Part shown: positions 25,686 through 39,454 of the stretch, one piece after another | How the letters are laid out: every line of letters starts with the position of its first letter | Position numbering within the stretch: the stretch's first letter is position 1 | Origin: Octopus sinensis | Lineage: Eukaryota | NCBI RefSeq assembly: GCF_006345805.1 | Contig: NC_043005.1 | Coordinates: 107,632,001-107,696,000 of the forward strand | Length of the DNA stretch: 64,000 nucleotides | Direction of reading: 5' to 3' | Notes under the pieces: model-generated | What the model was told of the DNA's origin: nothing | Seen by the model: the letters and a program-made list of their open reading frames with translations, nothing else | Database searches by the model: none | Made by a program: the position numbers and the translations under genes

Positions 25686-27562
25686 TATGAATGATTTCCT
25701 TTGAAGATCACATATGTGGTTCACATATATTCAATGATGTGAATTTAATGGTTTGTTGAATTATTCAAAATCAAGTGTAAACTTTATGCAATTCTCAAGA
25801 AAAATCGGATTTTATACAATTTCAGTATACCCAGTCCGCGCTAAGAAGGTATGTATCAACCTAATATAAAGATTTTTTAAAATCACAATTGACCAAGATG
25901 TCTGACAGTGGAATCGAACACAGCATCTTGAAGCTACGGACCTATGCTGTATTTCTTTTCCCCCCTCTCTCTCTTTCTCTGTGTTCACAATGATTGCCGC
26001 TGCTGCCATCTGCAGGTTGTTTTTAGTTTAAGAGGCCCAGAGAAATTGGGTATATATGCATAAGTGTGTATGCGTATTACAGACCTATGTGTGTTGTATG
26101 CGCCTCGATGTTTCATTTTTGGTTTAATGTTTTCTTGCGTTTTTCTCTTTCTCTAAGAAATAATAATGATTTTGGGGGAGAAAAAATATTTATGTCTCAA
26201 CAGATTTATCACTGAAATCTGTCTTGTAATTTGTATTTTCTCTGTGTGCTTGTGTCAGTGTTTTTGTGCGTGTGTGTATGTATATGTGTACGTTTGTGTA
26301 TAAGTATGTGCATATTAGTTTGTACCAGAATGCATATGTCTGTGTATGCGTATTTCATCGTGGTTGTGTTTCTGTTTTTCTACGAAAGTGTACTTGTTTG
26401 CTGAGATAATGCCCAATCGTATGTGTGTGTTTGTCTGTGTATTTAAGCCATTTTCGCTTTGTTATGTGTCTGTGAATGCGTTTGTTTATATGTGTAAGAG
26501 TGTCTCTTTGCGTATGTATGTAAACTTGTACGTTTATGGACATGTGAGAGTGTGTGTTTATATGCGTGTGCTTATGTGTTTGTGACAGTAAGAATATTTT
26601 GTGTATGAAATTGTGTCTGTGTTTTTATGTTTGTGAGTGAAAAAGAGAGAGAGAGAAACGGGGAGGGGGAAGAAAAAAAAGGAAGAAAAAGTGAGAGAGA
26701 GAGAGTGTAGGTGTCATTTCCTACAAAGATTATTGTATATTTTATTATCCATTTCTTCATTTCAAAATGATGTTTATTTCGTTTATTTATTATCTTTTTT
26801 ATTGTTTTGTCGCTTTTATTATTATTATTGCTGTTATTTATAGTTGTTGTTGCATCTTTCTTGAAATTCTATCAAGTTCTTTGTTTTACTTTGGATTAAA
26901 ATCATGTTTATTGCCTTTCACTTCTAACAGCCAATTCAATCTTGGCAACTCGATTTAATATTTTCCAGTCAATTTTATCTATGGCATTTTTACTTTAACA
27001 ATAATTTATAATATAACAATAGTGAACTTTTTGATATTCTATATTTTATTTTTCTCCATTAAGTTCGGCTAGAGAATATGGTGTATTAAAACTGTTATTC
27101 TGTGATTTAAAAATGTTTGTTCCTATGAGTATATGAACTTCAATTTTTCTTTCTTTGATATATATACACTGAAATTCAATATGTCGATTCTTCCTACATC
27201 ATTGTTGATCGTTTCTTGTTTTTCAACAGTTTTTGCAAATTTCTACCAGTGTTTATTTTTCTTGCCATTCGCTATACCATTTATTCCTTTTTCAAAACAC
27301 TATTCAACGTTTTTTTTTTTTTAAACTAGTTCCTTCAATGCATGGTCACTTGTAAACTCTTCTATTCTAAGCTTTCTTAAAAATTTACGAACCCATTTAA
27401 GGTATCTAGTTTAAAACTTCCATTTATTTTTTTAGAATTTTCTTTTCACAAGAATGGCATTACTATTCCCAGCATTAATATTTACTATTTTAACGATAGA
27501 TTGGCAGTGTCATTATGGAGTTTTGGACAAAATGCCATAATATATTTCTTCATGCATATTAC

Positions 27563-28037
27563 GGTCTTGGGGAGAGATTACACAATTGTTACTTAATTTA
27601 TCGACCCCGAAAGGAAGAAAGGCAAAGTCGACCTCGGCGGAATTTCAACTCAGAACGTAAAGACAGGCAAAATGCTCTGAATACCTATTTCTATTTCTTT
27701 ACTACCCACAAGGGGCTAAACACAGAGAAGACAAACAAGGACAGACAAATGGATTAAGTCGATTACATCGACCGCAGAGCGTAACTGATACTAATTTAAT
27801 CGACCCCGAAAGGATGAAAGGCAGAGTCGACCTCGGCGGAATTTGAACTCAGAACGTAACGGCAGACGAAATACTGCTAAGCATTTCGCCCGGCGTGCTA
27901 ACGTTTCTTTCTCTATTGCCCACAAGGGGCTACACACAGAGGGGGCAAATAAGGACAAACAAACGGATTAAGTGCGTAAATGGTGCTTTTTATTCGACTC
28001 CGAAAGGATGAAAGGCAAAGTCAAATCCTGCCGAGGT
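27563..28037 (-). mobile_element. SINE family B, three tandem partial copies
   Basis: repeated CCGAAAGGA(T/A)GAAAGGCA(A/G)AGTC core and CCCACAAGGGGCTA tails. Confidence 0.9.
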
Positions 28038-28912
28038 CAATAGTTTTTATTCTTTTTGATGACGATGCACTAGAATACAAGCCAAACGCTTGGGTCGATA
28101 TAATCAGCTATACCCTTCCACCAAATTTTTAACTTTTAATAGAACATTATAAGAAACCATTTTTAGCAATATCAAGTCACAGAAGACTGAGGTTTTACGT
28201 CTGCTTAAGCCATGTTACTGAGGCATCTACTTTTTACTTTCTTGCAAACTCTCTATGATTGCAAATGCACTTTATGATTTTAGATTAGATATATAACCTG
28301 CTAAGATAAGATGAGGTATTTGCAAATTCGAAGTATCAAACGTTTCCGCAAATTAACGGAATTTATACAAAACCTTTGGCATTTCCCTGCCGCTTGGTTT
28401 ATTGCACTTAAGTTTATTTGATTTTCATGACTGAATTGTTTCTGCCCTCAGTTTTCTTGCAAATAGTTTTTTGAAGTTCCCTATTTGCTTTAAATAAATT
28501 CTTGAAAAGTTTACCTTTGTTGCTGTTTTTTCTTTCTGTAATATTTTCTTATATTCTTATGAGATAGATGCGCCCACGCACACACAGTTACACAGTCATG
28601 CACACACATACACACACACACACACAGACACACACACACTCGTATACACCTACATATGATAAAGATGGAGTCTAGATGGTAAAATCTTCGATTATCCCAG
28701 TTGAACTCCAACTGCGTGGATTTATGAAACGGTTTCAGTTTCGTTTGTGGTTAACCTGCGTTGTTTTCAAGCAGAGAATATTTAAGACAACGTTAAGCAA
28801 AATGTTCGACCTCTTTTGAGTTGATAGTTTGTAATTTGTTAGTGATTTAGTTGTTATACCCTCTCTTGACTGGTGAAGAAGATGATCTGACACCAAAGAG
28901 CTGTACTTTATA

Positions 28913-29049
28913 TTCTTTTCTACTCTAGGTACAAGGCTCGAAATTTTGGGGGAGAGGGCCAGTCTATTAGATCGACCCCAGTACGAAACTGGTATTTAGT
29001 TTATCGACCCCCGAAAGGATCAAAGGCAAAGTAGACCTCGGCGGAATTT
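28913..29049 (-). mobile_element. SINE family B-related subfamily (alternative tail), 5'-truncated
   Basis: same central core; tail ...TCGAGCCTTGTACCTAGAGTAGAAAAGAATA, as at 51893-52057. Confidence 0.85.
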
Positions 29050-29940
29050 TATCAATAATCACATAAATAAAGTTGGTCAATAGTCTACAATCTACATTTC
29101 TTATTAATTTTTTTGAAACAATGTTCGATAGTGTTTTTGCCATGTCGCTTCATTTGAATTATGTTGGCAGTTTCTTCCTGTGAAGAAGAATATTAATCTC
29201 GCAGAAATTTAAACTTCTGAAACTAGAGATAAATAACTGTCTATATTTTCTCATTCACTCCTGGAAATTTTTAGATAAAGTTGTATTGGTTTAAACTATT
29301 ATATAGTTCTAGCTGAGCTTCAACTAAAACTTTTAGCTGCTAAAACGTAGAATATCACCATGAAGAAATAAAAAAGAAAATAGCATTAAATAAAATTAAA
29401 AACAAACAACTAGCATAACATAACAAATAAACATAAAACTAGAATAAAAAAATCTTGGATAGAAGAAATGGTAACAAAAATATAACAGCTTAAGAAGAAC
29501 ATAAAAATAACATAACAAGTACATGAGAAATAAAACCTCTAAATAAACAATCAGATAAAACAACCCCAAAGTAATAATCTAAGCAAAAACACTAAATATT
29601 TTTGAATTGTAGTTGATGTATTGAATGGAAACAGACCATAATTTAATCAATTTTGGTTGGGAGTAGGGTAAAGGCAACTGAAGGTGTGGTCAGAGAATGT
29701 GTCTGCTGGGTGTCGCGGGAGGGACGTGTTTGTTTATATTTATTTCATCTGTCAGGTAGGAGGTATAAATCTTTTCAAATGGTTCGAAGAATGGCCGTGT
29801 GGTGTTGGCTGGATGGTGGTCTTCTTCCCTCACGTCATGAGAGAGTATGTGAAGTGGGGGACAGGCTTTTATTGTGGGCAATTGAGAAGGGAGGTATTAT
29901 CATGTTTACTATTTATTTTATTTACGTATGTGTGTATACA

Positions 29941-30002
<62 letters not shown>

Positions 30003-30004
30003 AT

Positions 30005-30091
<87 letters not shown>

Positions 30092-30404
30092 TATGTATTT
30101 ATGTATGCATGCTTGTATGTTTGTATGCATTGTTTGTTATATTCTGTTTTTCTTACTACGAAACATCTTAAAATAATACAGTTTCTGTAAGCTTATAGTT
30201 TTGCAGAATAAAATTTTTTGCTGAGAAATTTATCACTCTGTATTTCGTTTTTGCTTTATTTCTCACCAATTGTGTGTGGTGTGTGTGTGTAGGTATTATG
30301 TATGCATGTATGCATCTCTCTCTCATTCTCTCTCTGTATATGCGTGCGTATACAAATATAAGCATTATTTGTTTATTTATATATATATATATATAAAATG
30401 GAAC

Positions 30405-30620
30405 AAAAACGCAATAAACGACTATAAAACCTCCGGACAGATAGACGATACAAAGGCGGACAAAAAAACAACAATTAGAGGGACAGGAGAAAAAGGCCGA
30501 GTCATTCGTGATTTTCTTTCATCAGTCAAGTTACCAGGTGTTCTTACAGTTTCGGGCAGTTAGAGTTGAGACTATCAGATCTGGTTGTCTCCCAAAAACG
30601 TCTAAGCTAAGAGCATTAGA
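30405..30620 (-). mobile_element. PLE pLTR-like repeat related to 48925-49195
   Basis: shared ...AACTTGACTGATGAAAGAAAATCACGAATGAC... segment; abuts (TA)n. Confidence 0.5.
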
Positions 30621-31333
30621 TTTTTTGTAAGAAAGTTAGTGAATGTGTATGACAACAAAGACAAAAAACAGAGAACATGGTACCACAATTACAAATACAA
30701 ACAAGAATATAACAACAATTGTCTTTTCACTGAGGATGAATCATATATGTCTGTATATGTATGTGCGTGTGTGTATGTATATATATATATGTCAATATAA
30801 ATATGCATGTATGTAGATCGATAACTATCTATCTGTCTATTCATGTGTGTGTGTGAGTATGCGTGTGGGCATGTATGTATCTCGCTCTCATTATATATTG
30901 TTCTGAGTCAAAAACTTTTGCTATATTTTGTATACTTGTTTGCTGTATTCGTCAATTTGCAACAAAGCAGCCCTGCATTTATAGCAGAGACCATTGTGTT
31001 GCAACGTCTGAAGTCACCTCTTTGTCAGTTGTTTTGTTTTACGCTGGTAGCGGTTCTCCTTCGGGGCGAAAAACTCCTTCGCTGAAGTGTCCACGTCCTC
31101 TAGTTGTTGAAGCGTTGTGAGTACAGGACATGATCCATGGATCAGGACAAGTGATAATCCATCCGAGGGGGATATTTTTCTACAATCCTAACGTGCATAA
31201 TCAGTGGATAATCAAAGGCTAGCTTCTGGAACCTTTCAGCAAACATGGGCATTTCGAACATAAGGTTTCGTAGAAACAAATGCTTACAGTGTAGACGTCG
31301 TTCATAGTGCTCATTGAAAATGTTCACTATGTG

Positions 31334-32197
31334 CGAGGTGGCATCAAAACATTCCCGAACATATGGCAGCACACGGTTGCATTAGCAGTGAGAGGTAACA
31401 GTGATTTTCATGAGATAGTGTGTCGAGTGACATTGCCGTGGTTAATTCGAAATTTGTGAAATTTGTGCTTTTGTGATCACGTGTATCTCTAGTCTGTGAT
31501 TTTTTGAAATTTTGCATTAGACTCGGGGTTACAAAGTTATTGAGCAAGCTTGGACAGGCTTACGACGAGGAGGGGTTTACGCAGAGTTTCGAGTGGTACG
31601 TGCGCTTCAAAAGCAGAAGAAAGCCCCTTGAACTCAATGAACGACGTGGAAGACCTATCACGAGCGTTGCCCCCGGAAATGTAGCATTAGGCATCGGGAA
31701 TTCGTCCCCCAAGGTTAGACCATCAATGGAGAGTTCTACTGCGACGCTTTGAAGCGTTTAATGAAGGAAATTCGGCGAAAGTGACTGGATCTGTGGAGCA
31801 CGAAGAATTGGATTCTTCACGGTCACAACGCACCGCGTCACTGAGCTCTCATCACCCGTGAGTTTCTCGTCATAAGCAACATAGTATCGCTTCCGCACCC
31901 GTCTATTCGCCTATTCGCCATATTTGGCACCTGCGTATCCGAACTCTACCCCAAGATGAAAATGCAGCTCAAATGTTAACGTTTTAGCATCGTTGTCGAG
32001 ATTCAGAGCGATTCACAGAAGGACCTCGGTTCGCTTACGGAAAACGACTTCCAGGCTGGATTCCAAAAGTGGCAGGAATGCTGGAACTAGATGACTTCAC
32101 AAGATGACTATTTCTAAGGTGATGATGTTAAAACTTAGGTATATAAATTATTTTTTATCAAACGTAGCTATTCCTGGAACTTTTTGATACCACCTCA
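31334..32197 (+). mobile_element. mariner transposon, internally deleted, with both TIRs
   Basis: TIRs CGAGGTGGCATCAAAACATTCC / GGAACTTTTTGATACCACCTCA+TA; KFCIRLG...FEWYVRFK...RRGRP; EFVPQG*TINGEFYC...WILHGHNAPRH...YSPYLAP. Confidence 0.92.
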
Positions 32198-32219
32198 TAA
32201 ATATACATAAATAGAGTAG

Positions 32220-32750
32220 GAAGGCAATAGCGAGGTCGATGGCCTAGACACAACGAAGTGCTGGATATACAACCGGTCGAAGAAATGTGACATGGTATCA
32301 TCTTTCAGAAATGCAGGGAATAATTAACGAGTTAGAATCTCCAAAGCTACATTCTCCAATGGTCCTTAATCCAATGCAGTCGCCCTCCTCCGAACCAAAC
32401 CCGCTATGCACATCTCCACCGCCAATTTCCTCTACAGCCATGTCATTTAGAGCCCCTAGGATGGCTTAGTGATAGATCGGGTCTAGAAGCTGCCTATTAG
32501 AGGTTCCGAGCCCCCTTCCATAAGGTTAGTCTAGGTTTTAGTTGAAGGCTTAGTTGTGTTCCGAACCTAACCTCCTCCGTTTCAGTGAATCGGGAGCCCA
32601 ATTAGCCTCACGGCAAAAAGGCATACCTATTATTTATACCTTAGTTAACCTTGATGTCTTACGTGCTTCTATGCGTCATGAACTTATAACTATTGACCTT
32701 CTGCGTTACTTGCTTCAATGTGAATTACTCATAAAATCACTTTGAATGCT
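32220..32750 (-). mobile_element. possible degenerate non-LTR coding remnant (APE or RNase H-like)
   Basis: AILGALND...GDSNSLII...HVTFLRP...AIDLAIA; the + strand ORF reads like an antisense shadow. Confidence 0.3.
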
Positions 32751-33160
32751 GTTTTTTGTGCTCTAATTGCTCTGCCTTTTCGCCGGAATCAGCACTTTTC
32801 TTCCCACCTTTGCTATTTACTCATAGGACGAGGAGGTTAGGTGAGGGGAGGGTTGGTGTCAAAAGGGCTGGCATGTGCAACTTGATCACCTCTGCCAGTC
32901 AAACTCCTGACCTATGCGTTCCTGTCGCGACACTGATTGCGCAGAACTGGGTTGGGTGTGAAACTAAAACTCAACAAACGAGATTTATGTGTATTTTCAA
33001 AATCATGCGATTTTGCGGCCAAATTTGAGTTTTTCGCTTTTCTTCTGCATTCCTTTTTTGTCCGACTAATGGCATGTTCACAGTCCCACTAAATTTCCAT
33101 GATTATGCCGAAGTCCAATGAATATCAATTAATCTCATAAAAAGCTCCAACTACATATAT

Positions 33161-33323
33161 GACGGGCTTCTTTCAGCATCCGTCTACCAAATCCACTGAC
33201 AAGGCTTTGGCTGGCCCGAGGCTATAGTAGAAGACACTTGCCCAAGGTGCCACGCAGTGGGACTGAACACAGAACCCTATGGTTGGTAAGCAAGCTACTT
33301 ACCACATAACTACTTCTATGCCT
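33161..33323 (-). mobile_element. SINE family A, 5' half
   Basis: matches 22997-23158. Confidence 0.9.
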
Positions 33324-33569
33324 ATAGGAAAAACATTTCATAACTATAATCATGCATGCATGTATGTATGTATGTATGTATGTATGTATGTATGTATGTA
33401 TCTATGTGTATATGTATGTGTGCATGTATGTATAGAGAGAGAGAGGGAGGGGAGACAAATGTATGGATATGTAAATATGTATATATAAATATACACTTAC
33501 TTAGAAACGGAGTAGAGAGTCGCATATACAGAGAGATACAAGGGGAGAGAGAGTGAGAGAGAGAGAGAT

Positions 33570-33571
33570 AC

Positions 33572-33656
<85 letters not shown>

Positions 33657-33673
33657 AAGATAGATAGAAAGAT

Positions 33674-33729
<56 letters not shown>

Positions 33730-33730
33730 G

Positions 33731-33826
<96 letters not shown>
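33570..33826. repeat. (GATA)n/(GACA)n microsatellite
   Basis: direct reading. Confidence 0.95.
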
Positions 33827-34739
33827 TCATGTACATGCACACAGAATAAAAATTGTTAATATAGAAAATTAAATAGCAATGAAAATAAAAATGATTGAAA
33901 TTAGCTATTTCATACTCTTATTTACATTTCGCTAGTCAACAGATTTTTATTTCTATACATTTAATTTTATTTCATTTAACGTTTTTTTCTCTCTTTCATT
34001 TTTTCTTCATTTTATCACATTTACATTTTATCCGCCTCCATCTACAATGTTGTTATTGGAGCAATTAATTGATTATGTTTTTGCTGGGATTTTTTTGTGG
34101 CTGCAATAGCCATTTTAATTTTTATTGAACGGTATTTTTTTGTGTGAATTTTATTAGATCATAGAAATATTTTTAATATGTTTTTAATATTTTTATATCA
34201 AATATCATGCAGTTTTTGTTTATCTGTTACACTGTGGAGCTATTTGTTGCGCCTTATTAAAACGGTAAACAAACAAGATGACGCTAAAAATGAAACAATT
34301 TATCAAAACAAAAAGTTGGAAAAATAAACAATAAACAATAATACAAAAAAGTATCTAATTTTGATTTACTGTCTAATAAAGAATTTTTTAAATTTCGTAT
34401 TTTGTTCTGATTTTTTATATTTAAAATGAGAAAGCGGGAATTAAAAATAAATAAAAAATCTGCAGCTTTTGGAACGAGTAGCTGCATATAAAATATTGAA
34501 TATTGTTTTAAGAAAAAATTAAACTAAAGAATCTAATATTACGTATGCAAAAATTAAAAAAGATGTAATAAATTTCTGTTTTCCATCTTGTGCTTATATT
34601 TTATAAATATACTTCTTTTCGAGACTATATTAATGCTTTTGTTTTTTTACCAATATTTATGATTATATTTATTTTTATATTTCTCAAATAACTCTTCGAT
34701 TTAATTTGACATATTTATTCTTCTTTTAACAATTAGATT

Positions 34740-35420
34740 CCATTTTCGCAAGTCATCAAGAATATTTCAGCTTGCAAAGTTCGGAGTCTGTGAGATGAAT
34801 TATATTCCAAGACGAAAGAATATCAATTCCTTTTCACACTCTAAGTCCATCATAAAATTAAAGTTGATACGATTTGAAATGAAAATGCAACTTCCACATC
34901 AATTACATGAACGTTTTGTAATCGATTCTGTTCTGTCTTCCAGATTGTCAGCCCTGGATTTGCTCTAACAAAATCGATAATTGTATTTCAGTTGACAAAT
35001 AATGTGCACTTCATATTACAATTCATTTCAACTTTCATCTACTGCCTTAGGCTTCACACAATTTCCTTTACGCCAGTTTCTCTTACAAGATTTTTGATCG
35101 AGACGAGTTTATAGCAAAAGTAAAGCAGTGAGGTGTTTAATGGATTTGAACTCAGAACGACATAGATGGGAGTGAGCGTATTACAATACAGCAATGCGGG
35201 AGCAAGACTCATTAGATCTTGCTTTATTGCAACAGACTTTAAGCAGCTAATATGTGTTAAGACCTGCTATGTAAGCAAGACCACACACAAATAACTGCTC
35301 TAACCACCGGATGTTATTTCACCCTGATACATTGAGGATGCACTTTCAATGACTAACTGAAGATATTATTTGTCCATAAAGGAAATTCTGTTTTAGGAAA
35401 CAGAATCAATACCAATAAAA
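34740..35420 (+). pseudogene. degenerate LRR-coding remnant
   Basis: Frame 34795-34968: MNYIP...INSFSHSKSIIKLKLIR...SRLSALDLL*QN; later TFND*LKILF...LGNRI. Confidence 0.4.
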
Positions 35421-35614
35421 AAAAATCACTTTTATTTTTGTTCTTAGCTTTTTGCCAGATGAGAAGAAAATGCAGTCATCTGAAGAAGAGGGAAGAGAAA
35501 CGCCTGTAATTTTTTTACCTGATTTACATATATAGCTTCATACATACACGCATATAAGTACATATATCTAGACACATATATATGCAGTGGAATACAGGTA
35601 AGTATATATATATA

Positions 35615-35667
<53 letters not shown>

Positions 35668-35899
35668 CGAAGAGAGTGATTCCGATTATGGCTTATCAGG
35701 TCAAAACTTGTAAGTTACTGTTGATTCTATTCTTGTTTGAGAATAATAAATGTGTACTCAAACAAATGTATTGAGTAAGCTTTCAGTTTAATGTAAAATT
35801 ATATTTATTACATCAAGAACATTAATATTATATGTATGAATGTACTCGGCTCTGGTTTATACTATACCTACCACAAACCTAATGAATCCCTAAAATACA

Positions 35900-36200
35900 T
35901 TAACGTTAAATGCAATCACCCGCGGTCTGTTTAACTTGTGTTGTCAATGGCATTTCCATTACGATCTCCAACATCTCTGCTAACGAAGACACCTTCGCTA
36001 ATCATACACCCTACCTGAAACAGACTCTTCTTACTAGCGGCTTCTCGGGGGAAATTCAACTACTTTCCCAGCACAGGACTAAAATCAGAGTAGATATGTT
36101 AACATACATAACAATAATAATAAACTTAAACCCATCGATGTCACTAAATAACACTAAACAGGTCACCACTTCCTGTAAACATTGTGTATCTACTATGAGA
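35900..36200 (+). mobile_element. Naiad-like PLE thumb-region fragment
   Basis: SPAVCLTCVVNGISITISNISANEDTFANHTPYLKQTLLTSGF...IIINLNPSMSLN (cf. HPP...RIS.LSSNE..F...P.Y..AL..SG...IIWFNPP). Confidence 0.6.
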
Positions 36201-37199
36201 TAAAGCTCGTGTCTAGGAAGCGAACATTTTGATCATTCTAAATAAATCGCTCTCAATATGTAACAGAAAGAATATGAAAAATATGAAGTATGAAGTTCTA
36301 TGGTTCACAACATAAAGCTATACTCTTCCTTGATTTTCTCACATCTAACTTCCCACCTCAATAGGAATACAATCAAACTCTCTTATTCCACCCCACCTAA
36401 CCGCCGATTTTAAATTTCTGCATAAAAAAAACGAAAGCTGAAATCTCTACGAATAAGCCTGATAGTTCCCGTTACGACATCCAGTATATTTATAATAACA
36501 ATGATAAAGATTCTCATAACTGCTCTCATATCAATAACCAATAGCATTAATATCTTTTATAAGCGAAACAATAACCTCAGTAACAATCCAATAAATAATA
36601 TGGATCACTAAAATAGTTATGGCAACAGCAAAACCAATTTAGCCAAAAATGAATATAAAAGTACGACAGAAAATGTGAAATATATTAATAACATTAATAA
36701 CACTGATACTGATTATAACATGACTAATAGTTACAGTAACGAGTATAATCATAATAATGATGATGGCAGTAGTTGTATACATAATGGGTACTCCATTAAA
36801 GCAACGACAATAAAGAAGATACCAGTACGATTAATAAAGCTGATTATAATGTGAACTATCCTAATCAGGCTACTACAAGCTGCAAAAGCACTGATTGTAG
36901 TCGGGGACCACAGTAACAAACATGGTTGCATGACCCTCTACTGATATCGCTTTTCTCTCGGATAGCGTAACAAACAGCATTCACGGTTATGTTAAGTATA
37001 ATACTAATAGTTGTGGATCCCGACTATAATATTGACGGATATCCAAGCGGCTTTAATGAAAAAAAACTATAATGCTAATAATGACAATGGCGTAGTTGAT
37101 AGTATTAATGATAAGACTAATAATAGTGATACCTATATCGATCTAGACGTGATAGATGTGCACGGCGGGTAGCATGACCTAAGATTGGCAAGCGTAGAC

Positions 37200-37760
37200 C
37201 TCCTATTAATTGTCTCTTGAAGGTCCATTGAATTGCTACCACAACACATGCTTATTCCACTAGGATTTACACTGGGTCAACGATCGATTTTAAGTGCCGA
37301 TTCCTTGCACATCTTATCTCTTTCTCCAATACTAGCAGTAAATTATCTACTTCTCTGGCCACTTGGAGGAAGCTTAAGGTGTTCTTCACAACATAATCGA
37401 TTCTGGAACACCGTTTATGGGAATTGGACTACCATGTGATATATGCTGCTACGAATCGCTCAGAATATTACGTGAGAACGAAGTCCTCCTTTTTAATGTT
37501 TTTTCTGACGTAATTACTTCTGCTGACATCGTTATTACAAAACTCTTCCATATTATCATAAATCAGTTGTCGAATCAGTTGTCTATGAATTCGACTCTCT
37601 ATCCATTTATTACACTTTCTCCTTAACAGTCGTTTTCTACCTTTGGGGAATTTCTCTTCCTTTTCACATACCCACAACTATTTACTCTCGTTTCTTCTTT
37701 TGATACCAGTTCGCTGTCAAATCTTCTTCCGCGCGTTTCTCTCTCATACGGAAGGGCTGG
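37200..37760 (-). mobile_element. PIF/Harbinger-like transposase remnant
   Basis: WV...QLIYDNMEEFCN...NIKKEDFVL...SERF and EEHLKLP match the Harbinger N-terminal layout loosely. Confidence 0.4.
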
Positions 37761-37819
37761 CACAATAGTGTAATGGTCTACACTAATGCAAATAACAGTA
37801 TTCATTTCTGTGGTATACG

Positions 37820-38021
37820 AAGAGGTGCTGAAAGGGTATTGTGAAAGGTCTGGTTGGAAGCCCAAACTTTCGATTTCTTTTACAGAGCCCAGCACAAACT
37901 GACGGGCCGCTGCAATAAGTGTGAACATGAGAGCTGAGTATTTTGAATATAAACATAATTGACGGATCTTCCGCATTTTCTTTTCTTCAAAGCCAGGAAT
38001 TTTTTTAGCACCCACTCGCAT
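37820..38021 (+). mobile_element. mariner 3'-end fragment
   Basis: WLEAQTFDFFYRAQHKLTGRCNKCEH (cf. WL..Q..FF..GI.KL..RW.KCI) followed by TIR-like CCAGGAATTTTTTAGCACCCACTCG. Confidence 0.7.
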
Positions 38022-38394
38022 ATTCACTTCTGTCAAAGACACACTTAGAGAGGTACTTCACTCTAAATCTACAGAACAGCCATCAACACCGGCATTAAGG
38101 TATAATACAGGTGCTTCGACATTTTAGCTTATTAACTGTAACATAGATATGGACATCATTAAAGTTAGACAATGTTCTGTACTCATATTCCACTTAAGGT
38201 CACCTCTGTATTATACACGACTATTGTAATAAGTCCTTATTATATATGACTATTGTATGACGATTCCTCTTCTCTTTATAATGTAACCAGTAAAAAGACC
38301 AGATTTTGACTAAGAAGTAGAGTGAATTAAGATTTAATGAGACTACGTAGGTATTTTAGTAATCAAATGTGACGCCATCAGGTATGTTATAACT

Positions 38395-38697
38395 TGTTTG
38401 TTCCTTCTCGAACCATGCCTGGTTCATAAGGGCCGGTCTCCTGGTTTCTTGGCGTATAGGTTCCCCACCTGGATGGGACGCCGGTCCGTCGCAAGTGAGC
38501 TGCAAGATGCAGGAGGAAAGAGTGAAAGAAAGTTGTGGCGAAAGACTCAGCAGAATTTCGCCATTACCTTCTGCCGGAGCTGCGTGGGGCTTAGGTGATT
38601 CGCTCATAAACACACACATCGCCTAGTCTGAGATTCGAACCCGCGATCCCTCGACCGCGAGTCCGCTGCTCTAAACACTAAGCAATGTGCCTCCACA
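38395..38697 (-). mobile_element. tRNA-derived SINE family C
   Basis: B-box GGTTCGAATC in reverse at ~38630; shares GAAAGTTGTGGCGAAAG...CTGCCGGAGC with 58164-58519. Confidence 0.85.
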
Positions 38698-39419
38698 TGA
38701 TATCATAACTCGGTATATTGAATTATTTGAAGGAGTCATTTCGTATTTTTGTTATTCTTTTTTAGTAAAACATCAAGAAACCTGTGATTTGATCGAGTAT
38801 CAAATTTACATCTACCTCTATCACTTGCCTCCACCCACCACCTCTCACATTTTTTACTCTTCCGCTACCTTCAACTTTCGCACACTAGTCTCTTGCCATT
38901 TATCCCCCTTTCTCTTTCTCCCACTCTCTCTTTTACACACACTCTCTCATTCTTTCTCTTTATCAGCAGAATATAAAGTAATAATTAACCGGCAAATGGT
39001 TCCTAGGAAATGCACATCTAAGGGACACCAAAGCAATTATGTATCTCAACTGCTGTAGGTCCATTATTCCCAATTGGTAAAACACAGATTAAGAGAAAGG
39101 AATTAATATCGATATTTTGCGGGTTCTTCTGTTGCAATATTTCAGTTTAAAACTATTATTATATAGTGTTTAAAAATAAATGATTATTTTCGAGCGAGGA
39201 ACAAAAAAAAATTAAGGAAATGGGTAACTGAAAGGGAAAGAATGGTGGAAGTATTTTGTTGAAATATTACCACTAACTACTGTATGAATATATTTGTGCA
39301 TATCCATGAGGGTTTATATACATATATACATGCATATATATATATACATATACACACAAATACATATATATATATATACATACATGCATACATATATATA
39401 TATATATATGTATGTATTA

Positions 39420-39454
<35 letters not shown>

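Larger units (their letters stand above)
25690..29280 (+). pseudogene. interrupted LRR-like coding remnants between SINEs
   Basis: HIFNDVNLMVC*IIQNQV; LEILSSSLFYFGLKS...QFNLGNSI*YFPVNFIYGIFTL (26860-27000); ETIFSNIKSQKTEVLRL; LPLGLLHLSLF; FINNHINKV. Confidence 0.35.
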
